Assembly: GCA_023645945.1 (NCBI GenBank)
Contig: JALAIB010000001.1
Coordinates: 59,432 to 79,431 of the forward strand
Direction of reading: 5' to 3'
Length of the DNA: 20,000 nucleotides
DNA from: Diploschistes diacapsis
Lineage: Eukaryota
Shown here: positions 12,506-20,000 of the stretch, one piece after another
Layout: each line of letters starts with the position of its first letter
Numbering within the stretch: position 1 is the stretch's first letter
Position numbers and translations under genes: made by a program
Notes under the pieces: model-generated
What the model was told of the DNA's origin: nothing
What the model saw: the letters and a program-made list of their open reading frames with translations, nothing else
Databases searched by the model: none

Positions 12506-13512
12506 ATGGAGTATCTTCAGAAGCAGCCCGGCTTCCCAACACTACAGCCATGCTGTACATGGCAGATGCACGTAGGAGAGATGAGCCCGCTGGGCACGTA
12601 TTCATCTTCCCACAAATCTAAGTCAAAAAGACTGACCCAAGCCATCAGGCGTGATCCACAGCGGCGCCAATCTGAACCACTTCGTACGCGATCTGTCACT
12701 ACACCTTACACCCAACAACTTTTATCCTCCTCAAAGCTTGTTCGGCGAGACCAATCAGCTCAAAATCTATTGCTATTCTTTGGACGTGGGAACTAATCTC
12801 TGTGCCGTATAGACGACGCCGACGGGCTCGATTGCGAGCGTCCCGGGCTTTGAGCCGGCCTTCAAAGCCGACATCACGTTCGGAGCGGACTGGCTGCGCT
12901 TCGATCCGAGCGACGAGTTCGGGAGGATCGAGTTTCGAGGGATTGCGAAGTACGCATAGCTCCTGCCTGTCTTGCGAACTCTCGGAGAGCCTTTGCTTGT
13001 CAACCCTTCCTTTTTGCTCTTTTTCTTTCTTTTATCTCAATAACCCACGCCTTATTTGTGGCTCATCAGTTCCCTTACTCTGAGCTTTTCTAACGGTGAT
13101 GAACAACAAACAGGCCAACAGAAGGAGAGCATCCCATCGATTTCCGCTACCAAGGCATCATAACCATGACGCCGGACGTGAAGAAGATCTTCACCTTTCA
13201 GGAAGACAGGAAAACCGTGCCGTTTGGCTTCTCGAGTACGTCATCTACTCCAACTTTTCCAGCCACCGGCTATCCTGGGACTTTGGACTCTCACTCTGAA
13301 AGCTATCTCACTAATGGTTCCCACTTCCAGCTGGCTCGAACAGTTTCATAGTCGCCGATCCAAAGCTCAAGGTGCTTGAGAACAGCACTTTCTGCAGTAA
13401 TGGACGCATCATTTGTCATAAGGGCGGGTTGACGGTCGAAGTAAGGGTGTCGAAAGTGGTGCCAGCCACGGAGATGGATGTGCCGGCTGGATATAAGGAG
13501 ATTAATCAGTAA
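12506..13512 (+). CDS. DUF3237 (UPF0311) family protein, ~187 aa; exons 12506-12593, 12649-12683, 12813-12949, 13114-13235, 13331-13512
   Basis: Hand-spliced product: MEYLQKQPGFPTLQPCCTWQMHVGEMSPLG-VIHSGANLNHF-TTPTGSIASVPGFEPAFKADITFGADWLRFDPSDEFGRIEFRGIAK-PTEGEHPIDFRYQGIITMTPDVKKIFTFQEDRKTVPFGFS-TGSNSFIVADPKLKVLENSTFCSNGRII...VEVRVSKVV...*. Total is 564 nt in frame, and all introns have branch sites. The first donor is GC (GCACGT). Confidence 0.8.
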
Positions 13513-13709
13513 AGATGATGGGCACAGGATCAGCGAGAGAATGAATGAGGGCCCAAAATGAATAACGAAGTTCTTTTCAAGCGCCACGTATCTCGATGCC
13601 CAGATTTCTTAGCTTTTACTCGTATTGCTATGCATTGCTAGCCAGGCCCTCCAGATTTAAGTTAATCACACCAACTTTTGCTTTCTGGTCGCTTGTATAG
13701 AATTCAATT

Positions 13710-15472
13710 CTAAGCATTGGGCATGCCCATGCCAAAAAGCCGCCCACGTTTCATAGCAAGCGACAACAGAACCGTCAACCCACCAGCCGCGACGACGACC
13801 ACAAGATAACTAGCATCGATAACAGCCACGATTACTTGTAGAACCGCCTGCCGTGTTCTAGCATCAAGCGAACTGAACAGTGCACCATTCATCCCAGAGA
13901 CGGCCTGCTGTATCGTCGAGCGCGACGCATTCGGTAGCAAAACTGAAATCCGATTTGTAGCCGAATTGAAGAAAGTGGCATTTGCAATACACAGTGTCAG
14001 GACGATTCCGACCATCTGCGCGCACATGATGGAGGACACAGCATGCGGGACGCTTTCCCTTGGTACCTTTGCCTGCGCGATGAATAGGCTGTCTGGTTGT
14101 AGAGGCCACCGCCCAGAGCCAGTAGAATGCTAAAGCTGTATGTTCGAGCTGGTGCATTCTCCAGCGAGATGGTGTACATGAGAGCGCCTCCGAGGATGGT
14201 AAGGACTCCGCCAACAAAGTGCATCGGCGTGTAGAGGCCTGTTCGGGAGAGGAGATGCCCGCTCGAGAGGATTGCCGCGATAAAGAAGCCGACGAACGGC
14301 AGAAGCTAGACACCGGCTTGCAGGGTGGTAGTATCATGAGCGAATTGAAAATACAGCGGTATAAAATATATAGGTACGAAGTTTGGCGTGTTAGCTGCCG
14401 CTGTAGTCGCAAACGGGATGCACATTTCTCACCTCATCACGAAAGTCAGGGAATATCTGACGCTCGCGGCTTGTCAAAATTGGCAGGCTCTGCTGAACCG
14501 TAAATGTTATACAAAGTATACCACCGCAAATGAAAAGTCCAACGATCTGGCCGCTATTCCAATCATATAGAGCTTCACCGAAAGATATTGCCATCGTAGT
14601 GGACATTATCATACCCAGGAAAAGAACGGCACCAAGCCAGTCCATATGAGCGAGACACTGGCGATGCGTTAAATCTGGACGTGGGCGACTTGGAGGAAGC
14701 AGGAAGATCCATGCAGGTGCCGCGAGTGCTCCTACGCATAAGTTGATGTAGAAACTCCAACGCCAGGTCGCGCTCGGATTGACGAATGCTCCACCAACAA
14801 TGGAGCCCAAACTAAGAATGTCAGCCAAGTTCCACTAGTAGGATCATCTCTATCTTACACGGTACCCAACCCCCATAGCAGAGACATGTAACCGAGAATC
14901 TTGGGTCGCTCTTGCGGAGTTGTAAAGATGGAAAGAATATTAATAGCATCAATATAGACACCCATCGCTCCTATTCCGCATATCGCACGTCCAATGATCA
15001 ATATGTCCATACTGGTCGCAGCGCCGCACAGCGCCGGTCCGGCCTCGAAGATAACGGCCGAAGCGATAAAAAGGATCTTGACATTGTACAACCCGAAAAA
15101 TTTCCCCCTGGACCAAGTAAGAACTAAATTCCTAGACACACTACATCAAAATTACTCACCATAAGAGGCAAGTACCCGTAGCTGCAGCGGCAAAGGCCGC
15201 GGATATCCATGGGAGTTTGTTAATCTGGCTGAGGTCCTTGACTGAAGCGGGCTGAATATCCGCCACGATGGTAGTGTCGAGCGAGAAGGCAAGCAGAAAC
15301 AAAGCGAGGCCCCTAATCTGGCGTGGCTCCTAATCTGGCGTGGCTCTTCCGTTAAAGAGTGCGATTGGTTTCCCAAAGGTTGTTGCGATGGATCGGGATC
15401 CAGAACAACCTTCTCTTCTGCAGCCGCATCTTGGTTTAACTGACGGTTGATCTTCTCCAATTATGCTGCCAT
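13710..15472 (-). pseudogene. Disrupted 14-TMS MFS efflux transporter (DHA2/TCR-Tet type)
   Basis: Recognisable segments: LDTTIVADIQP, LPW, FEAGPALCGAA..M..LIIGRAICGIG, ATWRWSFYINL, DWLG and IYFIPLYFQF. Lesions: TAA at codon 4 (15461-15463), 17-bp duplication at 15312-15345, frameshifts near ~14440 and ~14080, and in-frame stops at 14429-14431 and 14306-14308. Confidence 0.88.
15312..15345. repeat. Perfect 17-bp tandem duplication inside the MFS pseudogene
   Basis: CCTAATCTGGCGTGGCT x2. Confidence 0.95.
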
Positions 15473-15880
15473 TGTATCACAGGGTAGGGACAAGCTCGGT
15501 GATTTTGGGCCGAGCCTTGTCGAAATGTAAAGGATGCTGTAGGACCTCTTCGTCGAGCCTGACCAATGACGTAGATCTCAACCCTGTGGGTAACTGCGCT
15601 GCAACAGATGGTGAATAGCTTTACTCGGTGAAAAATGATGGAAATAGCTTAACAGCGACACGGAAGGCAGGGTATATCTATCGACACGTGAGCCTTGGAT
15701 GATCATACCATTACCTACTTATTCCTGTGTAGAGCACATTGAACTGAATCTAACATAGTCTGCAAGGACAGGCTCCCAGCTCGTCGATTTGTCTCTTACT
15801 CCGCACTTTACTACTACTCGTACCTATCAATTAGTTAGGCAATACAAATTCGGCATAAATCCCGCCTTTCAATTACCAAT

Positions 15881-17060
15881 ATGCCGCGCTCCTACGACAC
15901 TAATACCACTGCTGATGTACTTGTGAAGGAATATGCCAGTGTCATCAAGGGCAAAGTCATCCTCACCACAGGCGTGTCGCCCGGAGGTCTTGGTGCCTTC
16001 TTCGTGGAGAATATCGCAGTTGCTGATCCAAAGCTCCTTATTCTCGCCAGTCTAACACCACTAAGAACAAGGCTACAGCGGACGCCATATCGAAGATCAA
16101 CCCAAAGGTGCAGACACGCACCTTGCAACTCGATCTTGAGTCTCTGAGGGGGGTCAAAGAGGCCGCTGCCACTGTCAGTGGCTGGGACGATGTACCGCAA
16201 ATCGATGTGCTCGTGAATAACGCCGGTATCATGGCCTGCGAGTATGCCAAAACCGAAGACGCTCTCGAGCGTCAGTTCGCAACAAGCCACGTGGGTCCCT
16301 TCCTCTTCACGAATCTCATCATGAAGAAGCTCTTGGCGTCGAGTGCGCCCCGTATCGTCAATGTCTCCAGCGACGGCCATAGGCTTTCCTGGTTACGCTG
16401 GCCGGATATTGGGTTCTCAGTAAGTGCTATCTGCCCCCGTCAGACCATGACTCGGTTTTAATGAGCGTTTTACTAAGGCTTTGATAGGATGGTAAACTCT
16501 ACAACAAATGGAGAGCGTACGGTCAGGGCAAGACAGCGAATATACTCTTCACCACAAGTCTAGCCAAGAAACTTGGACCCAAGGGTTTGGTATCTGTATC
16601 TCTGCATCCAGGAGTGATCGGCACCCACCTCGGTGATCATTTGGATTGGAACGTGGAGTTTGCAGGTCTGCGTAAGTCGAAAGATTGGCATCAAACTCCA
16701 GTGATAGCTCGATACTGATGATGACATGGCGTGCAGAGGGTGTGGACAAAGAACTTGGAAACAAGGAAGGTTTCTCGGCAGGCTTTGATTTCAAGACGCC
16801 GGAACGCGGAGTGGCGACGCATGTCTATGCTGCATTCGAACCAAGTCTAAAAGGTCAATCTGCTCACCTCCTTCATCTTTTCCTGCCGCTTAGCCAGGCA
16901 TTTTAACATTCTTTTAGACCACAACGGATCATATCTGCAAGACTCGCACATTGCAGATCCATACGTAGACACCATCAAGCCATATGCTCAGGATGCGGTC
17001 GAAGCAAACCGCCTCTGGTCGTTGAGCGAAGAAATTGTTGGACAGAAATTTGAGTACTAG
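15881..17060 (+). pseudogene. Retinol-dehydrogenase/WWOX-type SDR with a single frameshift (~16052); introns 16420-16487, 16672-16736, 16854-16917
   Basis: TTGVSPGGLG, QLDLESL, IDVLVNNAGIMA, RIVNVSS, AYGQGKTAN, SLHPGVI and ANRLWSLSEEIVG are all present. GCC AGT CT AAC sits where an AGRN-like sequence is expected, i.e. one base short. Confidence 0.8.
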
Positions 17061-17309
17061 GTCATTGTCTCGGACACTGGGTCCAAGGACTAGAGCGGAG
17101 CGCAGAACGGAAGGAGTGTAGGCTTGCAACGCTATACCAGACACAAACCCTCTAGCGAACAATAGCTTTGTGCCCAATATTCCCTTGCCCATCGATATTC
17201 TAGAGACGTGAATCTAGCATAGCAATATAACGGAGACAATTGATTTGGGAATAAACTCGGGGACACATTCGGCTTAATACAATACATGTCTATACCGGTC
17301 TGCCCCTTC

Positions 17310-17571
17310 ACCTCCATCAAACGCAGTTACTTCTCGTTCGCGTTCAATCAACGAGCCGGATTGAACTGCTCCACGTCCTCGCTGTAGACGCTCTAGTTCG
17401 CGTGCATGACCCATGAGTTGATGCCCACGATGATCCCAGCGGGAATGCGTATCGTTGATGGTCATGCCGCCTTCGTGCACGCGCTGCTCCAGTACAAAGC
17501 TGGTCGCTGCGTGCGCACCGCATCGCCTCCATGATGACAGTGTCGAGGTACTTGAGCTTGGATTCATGCAT
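17310..17571 (-). pseudogene. Cytochrome P450 relic (K-helix to meander region)
   Basis: Across two frameshifts it reads KLKYLDTVIMEAMR / HAATSFVLEQRVHEGGMTIND / RIPAGIIVGINSWVMHAN*SVYSEDVEQFNPAR*LNANEK*LRLME. This includes ExxR and an FxPxRW-like motif, with three stops. No heme-binding Cys motif is seen. Confidence 0.8.
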
Positions 17572-17778
17572 TGAGCGTAATATAGGCAGACGAAGCAGTG
17601 AAGCTATTTGACGGGATCTCTGAAGGCTAAGAGCGACATCCTATATAGTTAGTGAGCTATATTGAAGATCGAACAAATTAAAAGACTTGTGGGGGGGCGG
17701 AGATACCTTTATAGACAATCCCAAGTAAATATAGGGTTGGATTTCTGGGTACAAATGGGTAGAGTGTTGTCCCTAGTA

Positions 17779-18317
17779 GAGAGGTTCAGCAACCCTGCAA
17801 TGCGCTCGCTGCGTAAGTCCAGATCTAGCTAGCGCTTTTTTAGGGGCCTTGGCAAGAGACTAGTCCAAATTAAATAATATATTAAAATGCAATGCTTCTA
17901 ATAATTTCATCTCTTATAAATATAATCAAAAAGGCCTAAAATATGGCTATTTCACGTTTAAAAAATAAAGAATAAAGGGGAGTAAAAAAAATACGGAAAT
18001 AGTAATAAACGCTACGATATTTAATATTAACGTTTATTATTATCTAAATCGCAAAATTGAGGGTTTAGAAGCGTAAGGGTAGGTATTATTGTTTATTTTT
18101 TACGTTATAGATGCGTCGGTGGAAAGCCGTAAGGTTATTCTCGATGTTTATTTATATTAGGATTTACGTAGCGTAGACGACGTCTGCGGTTTTATAGACG
18201 GACGCTGTTTATACTTTCGGAGATACTTCTTAAATAGATAAGCAGCGCTCGGCGCCGAGATACGAGCTAACTATAATAAGACTTACGCGGTGCATTTACA
18301 GGGTTGCTGAACCTCTC
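17779..18317. mobile_element. MITE-like non-autonomous DNA transposon (539 bp)
   Basis: Perfect 19-bp terminal inverted repeats GAGAGGTTCAGCAACCCTG (17779-17797) / CAGGGTTGCTGAACCTCTC (18299-18317), extending imperfectly to ~40 bp. TA flanks both sides, and there is no coding capacity. Confidence 0.8.
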
Positions 18318-18322
18318 TAGTA

Positions 18323-18423
18323 GAGAGGTTTAGCAACCCTGTCAATACGCTCGCTGCGTAAGTCCAGATATAGCTAGCGCTTTTTTTAGGGCGTTGGCAA
18401 TAGACTAGTCCAAATTAAATAAT
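18323..18423. mobile_element. Truncated second copy (left ~100 bp) of the same element
   Basis: Near-identical direct repeat of 17779-17878, starting 5 bp after the right TIR. Confidence 0.85.
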
Positions 18424-18589
18424 TCCTAAGCAAAGCACAGGACTTATTCCTAAGCGAAGCGCTAACATCATCACTTTCGCATTCCTGGGGCAGGACGGAG
18501 ATGGGTTGGTGGAGCGGAGATAGTTTATCCGCGAAACACCCTTGCAGGACGGAGATGCAAAATACTTTCTACTCCGACCTGGTCGAGTT

Positions 18590-20000
18590 TTCCAATATTT
18601 GAATTTTTTTTAATTTATTATTTTTTTTCGATTTATTCTCCTTAAAATGACGTCAAAATATTTGAAATAACTAAAGATTTAAGCAATCTATAAACTAGCC
18701 CTAATAAGATTTAAAATTGGTGAGGAAAGTGCCAAGCCTCATCCAAAAACCTTAATATTACACTTATTTTAATTCTTTAAGATCTATGTGCATCAGGTCA
18801 ATTATTTTTTTCGTTATATATAACGCTGGAATACATAATAACCTATTTTCAAAAATAAAAAAAGTCAAAAATTGTTCGAGATATTAAAGAAAAGGCTTTT
18901 TTCCTCATACAAATTTTTAACGAAAAAAAAGATTTTATGAATTAAAATATATTAAAAATATAATAAGATAGATCTAAAGTTAGAGATTATATTACATTTT
19001 TCTAAATTTAAAATAAATAAAAACTGCTCGAGTTATTAAAATAAAACTTATTTAGAACTATAGTTGATTTAGACTAAACCCTGGTTTAATATGAATTTAT
19101 AATTTGAAGTTAGATGCATCTAGATTATACCCTTTTTTTAATTATAACTTATAATTTAAAATTAGATGCATCTAGACTAGACCCTTTTTTAATTAAAACT
19201 CATAATTAAAATCTGATATATGCAAACTATATTACGATCCAAATAACTAGGTAATAATTATTTAATACTCTATAGCTAATCGGGCATTTCTTAATCATTT
19301 TCTATATATAATTTAATCATGATAATATTGGTTACGTAATAAATAAAAAGTTTTAAATATTATTTTATGTTTTTATAAATAAAACGGAGAACGGTAATTC
19401 TCTTTATTTATTAATTTATTCTGTTAAAAAACAGTTAATTATATAAGAACGTCGTTATAATTCTTAGTAATTTTAACTAGTTCACTTTTCTAAATATTTT
19501 TATTTATTATTCGAAATCAATAAATATTCGTTATCCTTTATTAATCCCTAATAATCTTTTTAAAAATTAGTATAGATTTATAATTAATTTATTTCTTCTT
19601 TTATCAAATTTCTTTTTTAATATAAATAAAATTATCTTCATTTCTACCTCGTGTCTATATTATAAAGATAAAGATTATAATATTTAAAATTTTTAAGAAT
19701 AAATATTATTAATAATATAATAAGGAAATCGGTTATTAAGATTCGATTAAGACCCATTTTAATAAAAACAATCATAATAAAAATTAACGTCGGGCCCGAT
19801 AAAGGATTTAATAAAAAACCGAAAAAACTATATCGAAAATAACGATAAAAGAAAAGATAAAACTTTTAATTTAAATTTAAAATTACATAATTAAAAAAAT
19901 ATTACGTAAATCGTAAAAAACTAGAACTTAGTTCGTTTAAAATACCCGTATTATAAAAATAAAAAATATAAGCTAACCGTTTCGTGCTACGGTTACTAAC
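18590..20000. repeat. AT-rich, probably RIP-degraded repeat/transposon block
   Basis: Very low GC, abundant TpA, visibly scarce CpA/TpG with residual CpG, and no ORF of 60 aa or more in the track. Confidence 0.7.
19070..19215. repeat. Degenerate tandem repeat, period ~51-52 bp, ~2.8 copies
   Basis: TAGA(C/T)TA.ACCC starts at 19070, 19121 and 19173; TTATAATTT.AA.TTAGATGCATCTAGA occurs twice. Confidence 0.75.

Noticed and set aside
1..13512. Assignment to the patulin, citreoviridin/aurovertin or herqueinone clusters
   Set aside because: Only individual family resemblances are seen. The gene set matches none of these as I know them, and no core synthase is visible, so no gene symbols were given.
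811..15495. GACAAGC heptamer at ~811, 5806, 10432 and 15489
   Set aside because: A short word with no CGG structure; its frequency is not clearly above chance without a statistical test.
19070..19215. Possible CRISPR-like array
   Set aside because: Eukaryotic context, no unique spacers and no cas genes; it is a plain tandem repeat.

Overview
Intron-containing filamentous ascomycete DNA. Bases ~1-13.5 kb look like the tailoring arm of a secondary-metabolite gene cluster. It holds two paralogous CtvD/AurD-like integral membrane proteins (one cut by the window start), a class B flavin monooxygenase, a Zn2Cys6 regulator, an SDR, a secreted GMC oxidoreductase and a five-exon DUF3237 (PhnH-like) gene that the ORF track misses. 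No core synthase (PKS/NRPS/terpene synthase) lies in the window; if one exists it is probably to the left. From ~13.7 kb the genes decay progressively: an MFS pseudogene, a frameshifted SDR and a P450 relic. These are followed by a TIR-bounded 539-bp MITE-like element with a truncated tandem copy, and then a very AT-rich, apparently RIP-mutated block. A candidate shared promoter motif (YGGRCCGA) occurs upstream of several cluster genes. Gene models were built by hand from splice signals; family assignments come from motif recognition, not database searches.
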